Shown one piece after another: positions 40,079 through 49,360 of a stretch of DNA of 64,000 nucleotides. Below the pieces are notes generated by a model. It searched no databases. It saw only the letters and a list, made by a program, of their open reading frames with translations, and was not told where the DNA came from. Source of the stretch: Spirochaetia bacterium (GTDB lineage: Bacteria; Spirochaetota; Spirochaetia; SZUA-6; Bin103); contig CBDATQ010000002.1 of the NCBI GenBank assembly GCA_965199955.1, positions 1,152,001 to 1,216,000 on the forward strand. The letters run 5' to 3'. Position 1 is the first letter of the stretch. Each line of letters starts with the position of its first letter. The position numbers and the translations under genes are program-made.

Positions 40079-40177
40079 GGCGTAACTCCTGGCAATGGTC
40101 GCCATTCTTGAAAGCGGATGGCTCGCCGCCAGGCGCGCTCTCGCAGTGAGGTGGTCGGAAGGTGGCAGTCAACCAAG
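40079..40177. repeat. Repeat R, copy 1 (about 99 bp)
   Basis: Near-identical to 41177-41275 (GGCGTAACT...TTCTTGAAAGCGGATGGCTCGCC...GGTGGCAGTCAAC). Confidence 0.9.
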
Positions 40178-40597
40178 GGGATTCTCCCAGCGCACCTCCG
40201 GGAAGCGGCCGAACCCGAGGTCGCTGGAGCACACCACCAGACCGTGCTCCAATGCAAGTGCGGCCAGATGGGCATCCGGTATCATCTCCGCCGGCATCGC
40301 ATGGTCGTTCAGCAGCCGCCCCAGCACCTCCCGATGGCGGTCCGTGGGAGCCGGGATCCAGGCAGGTTCGCAGTCCAGCCAGCGGCCGACGTGGTCCCAC
40401 TCATCGCTGACGGCCAGCGGGGACTCGAACACGCGGGGATTGGAAACGATACGTACGAACGCCAGCAACGACGGCCACGGAAGGCCGACGCGCTCAACGC
40501 CGTTGAGCCGATCGTCAAGCCACCGGCGAGCCGCCTCGTGCTGCTCGAAGGTCTCTACGTGCGCGTACAGCAGCAGGTTGGCGTCGACCAGGATCAC
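40169..40597 (-). CDS. vapC: VapC PIN toxin
   Basis: ILVDANLLLYA, AFVRIVSNPRVF, PDAHLAALALEHG, SSDLGFGRF. Confidence 0.92.
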   Translation of the reverse strand: MILVDANLLLYAHVETFEQHEAARRWLDDRLNGVERVGLPWPSLLAFVRIVSNPRVFESPLAVSDEWDHVGRWLDCEPAWIPAPTDRHREVLGRLLNDHAMPAEMIPDAHLAALALEHGLVVCSSDLGFGRFPEVRWENPLG

Positions 40598-40842
40598 GAG
40601 TGGGCTTCTCCTTCGGCGATCGCCAGGACCCGCGCGATGTCGTCGATGCTGTCGAGCTTGCATCGTCCGAGCGACACGGGCCGGGTCCGATACGGCCGGC
40701 GTGGGCACCGGGACGCGGACGCGTGCGCGAGCCCAGCGCGGAGCGTGTCGTTGATCACTTTCTTGAAGCTCGCACGTTGCTGGCTGCGGATCCGGGCGAG
40801 CTCCGCGGCTACGTCGTCATCGATCGTGATGGTGGTACGCAT
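40594..40842 (-). CDS. vapB: VapB antitoxin (ribbon-helix-helix)
   Basis: MRTTITIDDDV...SFKKVINDTLRAGL; overlaps the vapC start. Confidence 0.9.
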   Translation of the reverse strand: MRTTITIDDDVAAELARIRSQQRASFKKVINDTLRAGLAHASASRCPRRPYRTRPVSLGRCKLDSIDDIARVLAIAEGEAHS

Positions 40843-40849
40843 GACATCG

Positions 40850-40890
40850 TCACATAAAAATATATTGATGCATTGACGTCAATCGATGGA
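40850..40890 (-). promoter_or_regulatory. AT-rich vapBC promoter/operator with palindrome ATTGACGTCAAT
   Basis: Perfect 12-bp palindrome at 40872-40883 directly upstream of vapB. Confidence 0.5.
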
Positions 40891-40922
40891 TGCTCCGGGA
40901 ATCGACCGGGCCGCCCCAGCGG

Positions 40923-41275
40923 GAAGGTCAATCGTCGTCGGTGATCGTGATCGTGAGCGAGGAATAAGTAGCAATCCGGTACCCGTCATCCGGACGGACT
41001 TGGACGGTTACGGTACTGTCCGGTCCAGTCCGCATCGGAGTTGTTCCGCCATTGCAGCTCGTAGCCGGTGATCGTCAGCTCTGCAACGGGGCCGTCCACG
41101 TGACCGTCACGCTGGTCTGATCTCGCGTTCCCAAGGACAAGGCGGGCGCTGCCGGCGTTTCGGAGTCCGGCGAGCCGGCGTAACTTTGGCAATGGTCGCC
41201 GATTCTTGAAAGCGGATGGCTCGCCGCAAGGCGGGCTCTCGCAATGAGGTGGTCGGAAGGTGGCAGTCAACTAAG
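40923..41275. repeat. Repeat L copy 2 (40923-41172) directly joined to repeat R copy 2 (41177-41275)
   Basis: Sequence identity with 35289-35591 and 40079-40177. Confidence 0.9.
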
Positions 41276-41283
41276 ATAGGCAG

Positions 41284-42291
<1,008 letters not shown>

Positions 42292-42295
42292 GACG

Positions 42296-43087
42296 ATGCT
42301 CCGCGTCTACTGGGTCTACCTGAAGACGACGCTTGCTCTGCAGCTCCAGTACCGCGTCGAGCTGGCGATCTGGATGCTGAACCGCATCATCGAGCCCACC
42401 GTCTACCTGGTGGTGTGGCGGACCGTGGCCGCGGCGCGCGGCGGGGTCGGCGGGTACGACGCCGCGGACTTCGCCGCCTACTTCATCACGCTGATGGTCG
42501 TGAACCAGCTCACGTTCACCTGGATCATCCACGAGTTCGAGTGGCGCATTCGCTCGGGCGAGCTGTCGTCGATGCTGCTCAAGCCCGTCCATCCCATCCA
42601 CGGCGACATCGCCGACAACCTCGGCTACAAGGTGCTCACCCTGGTGATTTTGCTGCCGGCGGCCGTCCTGCTGTCGGTGCTGTTCGAGCCGGCCTTCCGG
42701 TTCCGTGCCGCGACGCTCGCGCCGGCGGCGGCAGCCCTGGTGGTCGCCTACCTCATCCGCTTCTTCATCGACTGGGCGTTCGCCCTCAGCGCGTTCTGGA
42801 CGACGCGCACGGCCGCGATCAATCAGATCTATTTCCTGCTGCTGCTGTTCTGTTCCGGGCGGCTGGCGCCGCTGGAGCTGTTCCCGCGCTGGCTGGAGCG
42901 GATCACCTGGTACCTGCCGTTCCGGTGGGCGGTGTGGTTCCCGGTGGAGCTGGCGCTGGGACGGCTGAGTCCGGACGTGATTGCCGCCGGCTTCCGCATG
43001 CAGGCGCTGTGGCTGGTGCTGGGGCTGCTGCTGCTCCGGATCATGTGGCGGCTCGGAGTCCGCAAGTACGCGGCGGTGGGGTCCTGA
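42296..43087 (+). CDS. ABC-2 family permease (DUF990-like)
   Basis: LQYR, IRSGELSSMLLKP, SGRLAPLELFP, LPF. Confidence 0.88.
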   Translation: MLRVYWVYLKTTLALQLQYRVELAIWMLNRIIEPTVYLVVWRTVAAARGGVGGYDAADFAAYFITLMVVNQLTFTWIIHEFEWRIRSGELSSMLLKPVHPIHGDIADNLGYKVLTLVILLPAAVLLSVLFEPAFRFRAATLAPAAAALVVAYLIRFFIDWAFALSAFWTTRTAAINQIYFLLLLFCSGRLAPLELFPRWLERITWYLPFRWAVWFPVELALGRLSPDVIAAGFRMQALWLVLGLLLLRIMWRLGVRKYAAVGS

Positions 43088-43089
43088 GC

Positions 43090-43875
43090 GTGCACCGGCT
43101 GCGGGTGGCCTGGACCTTCCTCAGGATCGGCCTCCTGAACGAGCTGGCCTATCGCGCGAACCTGTACCTGCAGGTCCTGCAGTCCGGCGTGGCGGTGGCC
43201 GGGGCGATCGGCGGGCTGATGGTGGTGTTCGGCCACACCGACAGGCTGCGGGGCTGGGGCCCGGACGAGGTGCTGGCCGTGCTCGGCGTGTATCTGCTGA
43301 TGGGCGCGGCGATGGGCGGCGTCATCGAGCCGAGCATGCAGAAGCTGATGGAGGACGTGCGCCAGGGTACCCTGGACTACACCCTGACCAAGCCGGAGGA
43401 GGCGCAGTTCCTGGTCAGCGTGGCCGAGATCCGGGTGTGGAAGCTGGTCGACGTGGCGCTGGGGCTGGCCGTGCTGGGGGTGGCGCTGGCGCGGCGCGGC
43501 GCGGCCGTGGCGCCGGCCGACATGGCGCTGTTCGCGCTGATGCTGCTGGCCGGCGGGGCGATCGTCTACAGCTTCCTGCTGGCGATGGCGGCGGCGTCGT
43601 TCTGGTTCGTGCGCATCGGCAACATCCTGGTGATCTTCAGCGACCTGTATCAGGCGGCGCGCTGGCCGATCGGCATCTACCCGGGGTGGCTGCGGATGCT
43701 GCTCACGTTCGTGGTGCCGGTGGCGATCGCCATCACGGTACCGGCCGAGGCGCTGGTCGGCCGGCTGACCGGCAGCCGCGTGCTGCTGGCATGGGGCGTG
43801 GCGGCCGGCGCGCTGGCGGTTGCACGGTTCGTCTGGATGCGCGGGCTGCGGCACTACTCGGGTGCGTCGGCATGA
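43090..43875 (+). CDS. ABC-2 family permease (DUF990-like)
   Basis: LAYRAN, VRQGTLDYTLTKP, ARWPIGIYP, RHYSGASA. Confidence 0.88.
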   Translation: MHRLRVAWTFLRIGLLNELAYRANLYLQVLQSGVAVAGAIGGLMVVFGHTDRLRGWGPDEVLAVLGVYLLMGAAMGGVIEPSMQKLMEDVRQGTLDYTLTKPEEAQFLVSVAEIRVWKLVDVALGLAVLGVALARRGAAVAPADMALFALMLLAGGAIVYSFLLAMAAASFWFVRIGNILVIFSDLYQAARWPIGIYPGWLRMLLTFVVPVAIAITVPAEALVGRLTGSRVLLAWGVAAGALAVARFVWMRGLRHYSGASA

Positions 43876-44343
43876 GCCGCGCGACCATGCGGGCGATGGT
43901 GCTGGCCCGCACCGGATCGCTCGCCGACGGCGGTCGGGACCCGCCGGTGTTGGAGTTGCGCCGGCTCCCGGTGCCCGAGCTTCGACTGGACGCAGGTGCC
44001 CGAGATGCCGCAACGGTTCGAGAACCTGGTCGCGATGGCGCTCCTGAACTGGGTCCACCAGCAACAGGATGCCGAGGGGAGAGACCTGGACCTTCGCTAT
44101 TTTCGCGACGTCGACGGACGGGAGGTCGACTTCGTCGTCACCGAGCGCACCGGCCCAGTGCTGCTGGTGGAGGCCAAGTGGTCGGATTCGGGAGTGGACC
44201 GCAACCTTCGCTACCTGAAGCGACGCTTTTCCCGATGCCGAATCGTGGCAGCTCAGCGCGACGGGCAGCAAGGACGTTCGGACCCCGGAGGGCATCCGCC
44301 TGGCGCCCGCTGCGACGCTGCTCAGCGGACTGGCATAGGCTGA
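43872..44343 (+). pseudogene. Chimera: zinc alcohol dehydrogenase N-terminus joined to a DUF4143/AAA_14 ATPase C-terminus
   Basis: MRAMVL...LELRRLPVPE then FDWTQV...RFENLVA...LRYFRDVDGREVDFV...LVEAKWS. Confidence 0.7.
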
Positions 44344-44350
44344 CAAGTGG

Positions 44351-44773
44351 TCAGCCGCGTGAACGGTCCCGGTGCTCCCTGCGGGTGACCAGCTTGAGGC
44401 CGGACCAGACGTCGTCCACCGCGCAGACCTTCACGTCCACCAGGCCGAGCGGGAGCGCGTAACGGCGGACGTCGTCCTCGCCGATCTGGCTCGGCACGCC
44501 GGAGGAGCGCTTCGGCCACGACACCCAGATCATCCCGTCCGGAGCGATTTGCCGCATCGCGAGAGGCAGCGTGTCCGCCAACTCGCGCTCGGAGCGGGTG
44601 AACAGGTGCCAGAGGTCGACGTTCGCGCGGAAGCGGGGCGAGATCGTTACTCCGTCGGAGTCGTCGATGCCGACCAGGTCACCGTACGACATCGGCTCGT
44701 TCTTCGGCCGGATCCGGAAGCCTGGCTTGATGCCGAGCTTCTTCGCCAGTGGGGTGCCCGAGTAGCCTGCCAT
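44351..44773 (-). CDS. DUF3052 family protein
   Basis: MAGYSGTPLAKKLGIK, IWVSWPK, GLVDVKVCAVDDVWSGLK. Confidence 0.85.
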   Translation of the reverse strand: MAGYSGTPLAKKLGIKPGFRIRPKNEPMSYGDLVGIDDSDGVTISPRFRANVDLWHLFTRSERELADTLPLAMRQIAPDGMIWVSWPKRSSGVPSQIGEDDVRRYALPLGLVDVKVCAVDDVWSGLKLVTRREHRDRSRG

Positions 44774-45059
44774 CCGTTGCAGGCGATCTTCGCACGGGCT
44801 GCGGCCGTCGCCTTCGCACGGCCGTGGGGTGACGGTCGGTCGCTATGCCAGGTCCAGCCTGACCTCGAGCAACTCCGCGGCGCGGGCCAGGAGCGCCGAC
44901 AGCGTCGTGGCCAGCTCCTGCGCCTCGGTGCCGAACAGGTACGCCTCGGCCGCCGTGAACTGGCGCCCGGCCCGCTCCTCCTCGTAGAGGCTGCTGACGT
45001 AGCCGACGAGCTGAGTGAATCCATCGTTGATGCGGGAGTCCAGGTCAGCATCGGCGCCG

Positions 45060-45250
45060 GCGCCGCCGGCCAGGCCGTCGGCTGGGTGCCGCTGTCGCCG
45101 ATCTTCGGGCTGGCGCTGCCCTACTGGATCGGCACCTGGTTCGGCGTCTATCCTACGTGGCAGACCATGGGCGGCCAGGTTGCGGCCGCCGGCTTCGTGA
45201 TCGGCAGCTACTTCGTGGCGCGCTTGCGCCTGCGAAGCGGCCGCTCACGG
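45060..45250 (+). pseudogene. FTR1-family iron permease 3' fragment
   Basis: QAVGWVP...LPYWIGTWFGVYPTWQT...FVIGSYFVA with no 5' portion. Confidence 0.55.
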
Positions 45251-45352
45251 GTGCCGGCAGGGCTGACATCGTGGCGCCGGCTGGTGAAGCTGCCCGCCAA
45301 GGCGCGTTCAGTGCTCCAGCCCGATTGATGTCGCGTAGTCCAACAAGAACGG

Positions 45353-46639
45353 ATGATTCGCGCCTGGCTTCTGGATTACCGCTCTCTTGCGCCGCTGGTG
45401 GCGAGCGAGGCGGCGGCAGCAGCCACCACGCTCCCCGACCGGCTGGGCGTGGCGATGGCGCGGGTGGGCGGCCGGCGCCCGGAGTGGGCGGCGCTGTCGA
45501 CCTGTCACCGCTGCGAGGTGTACAGCCACGGGGTGAGCGCCGAGTGGCTGCTCGGCGTGTTCCGGGAACACTTCCCGCCGGCCGCCCGGGCAGGCCTCAC
45601 GGCGGTCGGTGACGGGTGCGCCGCCCGTCACCTGATGCGCGTGGCCGCCGGGCTCGATGCGATGCTGCTGGGCGAGACCGATGTCCAGCGCCAGGTGGCC
45701 GCGACGCTGGCGGGGGCGACGGAGGCAGGCAGCGCCGGTCCGGTGGTACACGCGCTGTTCGGAGCGGCGCTCCACGCCGGCAAGCGGGTGCGAACGGAGA
45801 CCGGCATCGGCCGGCACGCCGCGTCGCTTGCGTCGGCGGCGGTCGATCTGGTCGTCGAGCGTCTCGACCCGGTCGAGCGAGTGCACGCGCTGGTGTTCGG
45901 CGCCGGAACGATGGCCCGGCGCGCCTGCGAGCGGCTGGACGCGCGCGGCATCCGGCGACTGACCGTGATCAACCGCACGCTGGCGCGTGCCGAGAGCCTT
46001 GCCGCGCTCCATGGCGGCCGTGCCGCTCCGTGGGCCGAAGCTGCCGACGCGCTGCGCGCGGCCGACGTGGCGATTGCGGCCACCGCGGCCCCGGAGCCGT
46101 TCATCTGCGCGGAGCTGCTGCGCGACGTGATGGAGACGCGGAGGGGGAAGCCGCTGCACCTGGTCGACCTGGCCCTGCCTCAGAACGTGCATCCCGACGT
46201 CGCCGCCGTCGAGGATGTCCGCCACTACGACTTCGACGACCTGGAAGAGGCCACCCGCGCCAGCCGTGCGGCGCGTGCCGCGGAGGTGCCGCGCGCGGAG
46301 GCGATCATCGATCAGGAGGTGGCGCGATTCGTGTCGTGGCTGCGCGAGCACGAGGTCGCGCCGGCGCTGCGCCTGCTCGGGGAGCTGGCCACGGCGGCGC
46401 GCGACGCGGAGCTGGAACGGGCATGGCGGCGCATGCCGGAACTCACGGACCGGCAGCGGCGGGTGGTGCAGTCGCTGGCTCACAACCTGGCGCGGCGCCT
46501 GGTGCGCCAGCCCATGCTGCGCCTGCGCGACGCAGCCGGAAGCGACCGGGCGGGACGCTACCGGGAGGCGCTGGAGCACCTGTTTACCGACCCGGCCGCC
46601 GACGAGCCCGATGCCCCCGATGACAAGGAGCGATCATGA
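45353..46639 (+). CDS. hemA: Glutamyl-tRNA reductase
   Basis: LSTCHRCEVY, HLMRVAAGLDAMLLGE, KRVRTET, GAGTMA, NRT, DLALP. Confidence 0.88.
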   Translation: MIRAWLLDYRSLAPLVASEAAAAATTLPDRLGVAMARVGGRRPEWAALSTCHRCEVYSHGVSAEWLLGVFREHFPPAARAGLTAVGDGCAARHLMRVAAGLDAMLLGETDVQRQVAATLAGATEAGSAGPVVHALFGAALHAGKRVRTETGIGRHAASLASAAVDLVVERLDPVERVHALVFGAGTMARRACERLDARGIRRLTVINRTLARAESLAALHGGRAAPWAEAADALRAADVAIAATAAPEPFICAELLRDVMETRRGKPLHLVDLALPQNVHPDVAAVEDVRHYDFDDLEEATRASRAARAAEVPRAEAIIDQEVARFVSWLREHEVAPALRLLGELATAARDAELERAWRRMPELTDRQRRVVQSLAHNLARRLVRQPMLRLRDAAGSDRAGRYREALEHLFTDPAADEPDAPDDKERS

Positions 46640-47340
46640 CCGAGTCCGACGGACCCCGACAAACGCCGCGCACGCTCAGCCATTTCACCCTGCTGAAGTT
46701 CACGCCGGCCTACTGGCTGCTCGACGACGAAGAGCGCCGGCGGCGGCGCCGGTCCCTGTGGGAGGGGCTGGCCGGCGTGGCGGATGCCCGACACCTCTAT
46801 CAGGTGTTCCCGCTGCACGACACCGCCGATCTGCTGGTCTGGACGGCCCTGCGGTCGGCCGAGCCCGAGCGCGTTCACGCCTATTTCCGGGAATACGCGC
46901 AGGTGCTCGCGCCCCTGCGGGCGCTGACGGAGGTCAGGCAACCGCTCTGGGGCTTCACGCGGCCGTCCACGTATACCAGGTCGCGGTCAACCCAGGAGGT
47001 GGATCCGTTCACCCCGGAGCGCAAGCGCTTCCTGGTCGTCTATCCGTTCGTGAAGACCAGCGCCTGGTACGCGCTGAGCCGCGACACGCGGCAGGGGATG
47101 ATGAATGGACACATCCGCGTCGGCAAGGAGTACCCGGACGTCACCCAGCTTCTGCTGTACTCGGTGGGCGTGCAGGATCAGGAGTTCGTGGTCGTCTATG
47201 AAACCGACGACCTGACCCGCTTCTCCGATCTCGTCAACGAGCTGCGGAGCACCGAGGCGCGGGCCTACACGGAACGCGACACGCCGTTGACGACCGCCCT
47301 CCACCACGCCGGGGGAGGCGCCCTGGAGCTGCTCGGATGA
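46636..47340 (+). CDS. chdC: Coproheme decarboxylase (chlorite dismutase family)
   Basis: YPFVKTSAWY, MMNGHIRVG, DQEFVVVYE, LRSTEAR; position within the hem operon. Confidence 0.8.
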   Translation: MTESDGPRQTPRTLSHFTLLKFTPAYWLLDDEERRRRRRSLWEGLAGVADARHLYQVFPLHDTADLLVWTALRSAEPERVHAYFREYAQVLAPLRALTEVRQPLWGFTRPSTYTRSRSTQEVDPFTPERKRFLVVYPFVKTSAWYALSRDTRQGMMNGHIRVGKEYPDVTQLLLYSVGVQDQEFVVVYETDDLTRFSDLVNELRSTEARAYTERDTPLTTALHHAGGGALELLG

Positions 47341-47362
47341 CCTGTCCCTTCGGAGGACCCGC

Positions 47363-48427
47363 GTGAACGCCGCGCCCCTGCTGGCGGCCTGTCGGCGCCG
47401 GCCGGCGACGCGCGTGCCGATCTGGCTGATGCGGCAGGCGGGCCGCTACCTGCCCGAGTACCGGGCGTTGCGCGCCCGGCACGGCATGCTCGACATCATC
47501 GGCGACCCCGAGCTCGCGGCCACGGTCACGCTGCAGCCGCTGCAGCGGTTCGACCTGGACGCCGCCATCATCTTTGCCGACATCCTGCCGCCGCTGATCG
47601 GCATGGGACTGGACCTGTCGTTCGGCAACGGCACCAGTCCGGCGATCCACAACCCGGTCCGGTCGGCGGCGGACGTCGAGGCGCTGCGGGTTCCCGAACC
47701 GCGTGAACACCTGCGCCCCACGCTGCGTGCGCTGGAGCTGGTCCGACGCGAATTGCCGCCCACGGTGGCCCTGATCGGCTTCGCCGGAGCGCCGTTCACC
47801 TTGGCCACCTATGCGGTGGAAGGCAGCACGTCGCGCCAGTTCACCCTCACCAAGCGGATGATGTTCGAGCAGCCGGCGGCGTGGCGTGCCTTGATGGCGA
47901 AGCTGGCCCGGCTGGTGACCGACTATCTGATCGCCCAGGCGGAGGCCGGTGCGCAGGTGCTGCAGATCTTCGACAGTTGGGTGGGAACGCTGTCCGCACA
48001 GGACTACCAGGAGCATGTCCTGCCCCATGTCCGGGAGGTGTGCGCCGGCGTGCGGCGGACCGGCGTACCTCTGATCTACTTCAGCACCGGCACCGGCGGA
48101 ATGCTGGACCTCTTGGGCAGCCTGCCGTGCGCGGTGCTGAGCCTGGACTGGCGCGTGGACCTTGTCTCGGCGCGGCGGGCGCTGCCGGGGCATCTGGCGC
48201 TGCAGGGCAACCTGGAGCCGGCGCTGCTGTTCGCGCCACCGGAGGTGCTGGAGCAGCGGGCGCGCGTCATCCTCGCCGGCGCGGCCGACGATCCGGGGTT
48301 CATATTCAACCTCGGTCACGGGATCCTTCCACAGACGCCGCCGGAGTCCGTCGCCCGGCTGGTCGAAGTCGTGCACGGCCATGAGGTGCCGGTGCCGGGC
48401 GCTGCCTCCGGCCCCGCGGGCGCATGA
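47363..48427 (+). CDS. hemE: Uroporphyrinogen decarboxylase
   Basis: PIWLMRQAGRYLPEY, DAAIIFADIL, QIFDSW, FNLGHG. Confidence 0.97.
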   Translation: MNAAPLLAACRRRPATRVPIWLMRQAGRYLPEYRALRARHGMLDIIGDPELAATVTLQPLQRFDLDAAIIFADILPPLIGMGLDLSFGNGTSPAIHNPVRSAADVEALRVPEPREHLRPTLRALELVRRELPPTVALIGFAGAPFTLATYAVEGSTSRQFTLTKRMMFEQPAAWRALMAKLARLVTDYLIAQAEAGAQVLQIFDSWVGTLSAQDYQEHVLPHVREVCAGVRRTGVPLIYFSTGTGGMLDLLGSLPCAVLSLDWRVDLVSARRALPGHLALQGNLEPALLFAPPEVLEQRARVILAGAADDPGFIFNLGHGILPQTPPESVARLVEVVHGHEVPVPGAASGPAGA

Positions 48428-49347
48428 CCTCGCTCGGGCTGCTGGTGATGGCCTACGGCGGCCCGGATTCCTTGGACGACGTGGGGCCGTACCTGCTGGA
48501 CATCCGCGGCGGGCGGCCGACGCCGGCGGCGCTGGTGGAGGAGATTCGCGATCGCTACCGGCGCATCGGCGGCAGCTCACCCCTGCGTGCCATCACGGAG
48601 GCGCAGGCCGCCGCTCTGGGGCGCGAGCTGCGCGGGCGCGGCATGGCGGTCACGGTGGCGGTGGGCATGCGCCACTGGCACCCCCGCATCGCCACGGCCG
48701 TCGGGCTGCTGGCGGAGCAGGGGGCGACGTCAGCCGTCGGGCTGGCGCTGGCGCCGCATTACTCGCGCCGCAGCGTCGGTGCGTATCAGGATCAGGTGCG
48801 TGCCGCGGTGGCCGGTCTTGCGGAGCCGCTTCGCTTCGGTTTCGTCTCCCACTTCGGCGATCATCCGCGGTTCGTCGACGCCGTCGCGCGCGATCTGGGG
48901 CGGGTCAGGGAGTCGCTGCACGACGCGGAGGCGGCCCGCGTGCTGTTCTCGGCACACAGCCTGCCGGCCGATTGGGTGAGCGGCGGCGACCCCTATCCGG
49001 AGCAGCTTCGCGCCTCCGCCGAATCGGTGGCGGCCGCGGCCGGTCTGGAGCCGTCGCGGTGGCGACTGTGCTACCAGTCCGCCGGGGCGCGGCCGGGAAC
49101 GTGGCTGGGGCCGCCGCTGGAAGACGAGGTCCGGCGCGCCGCGGCCGACGGTGTGCGCGAGGTGACGGTCGTGCCGTTCGGATTCGTCGCCGATCACGTG
49201 GAGATCCTGTTCGACCTCGACATCGAGCTCCGCGAGCTCGGCGACTCGCTTGGGGTGACGGTGACCCGCACGCCCTCGCTCGGCACCGATCCGGAGTTGA
49301 TCGCGGCGCTGGCGGATCGGGTGCAGGATGCGGCGGCCCTGATCTGA
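48424..49347 (+). CDS. hemH: Ferrochelatase (probably coproporphyrin type, CpfC)
   Basis: MAYGGP, RYRRIGG.SPL, FSAHSLP, YQS...WLGP, GFVADHVEILFDLD. Confidence 0.95.
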   Translation: MTSLGLLVMAYGGPDSLDDVGPYLLDIRGGRPTPAALVEEIRDRYRRIGGSSPLRAITEAQAAALGRELRGRGMAVTVAVGMRHWHPRIATAVGLLAEQGATSAVGLALAPHYSRRSVGAYQDQVRAAVAGLAEPLRFGFVSHFGDHPRFVDAVARDLGRVRESLHDAEAARVLFSAHSLPADWVSGGDPYPEQLRASAESVAAAAGLEPSRWRLCYQSAGARPGTWLGPPLEDEVRRAAADGVREVTVVPFGFVADHVEILFDLDIELRELGDSLGVTVTRTPSLGTDPELIAALADRVQDAAALI

Positions 49348-49360
49348 TGTCGCCGACCTG

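Larger units (their letters stand above)
35289..41275 (-). mobile_element. Degraded prophage-derived region (two copies of one element plus vapBC)
   Basis: Portal and terminase fragments; visibly lower GC at 35.6-40.1 kb; repeated terminal segments. Confidence 0.75.

Noticed and set aside
38724..40400. 558-aa full-length terminase as given in the ORF track
   Set aside because: The N-terminal ~105 aa are read-through across vapC and repeat R; Walker A is missing.
35289..41172. FN3-coding repeat pair as a DGR template/variable repeat
   Set aside because: The mismatches are not confined to adenines, both copies share a frameshift, and there is no reverse transcriptase in the window.
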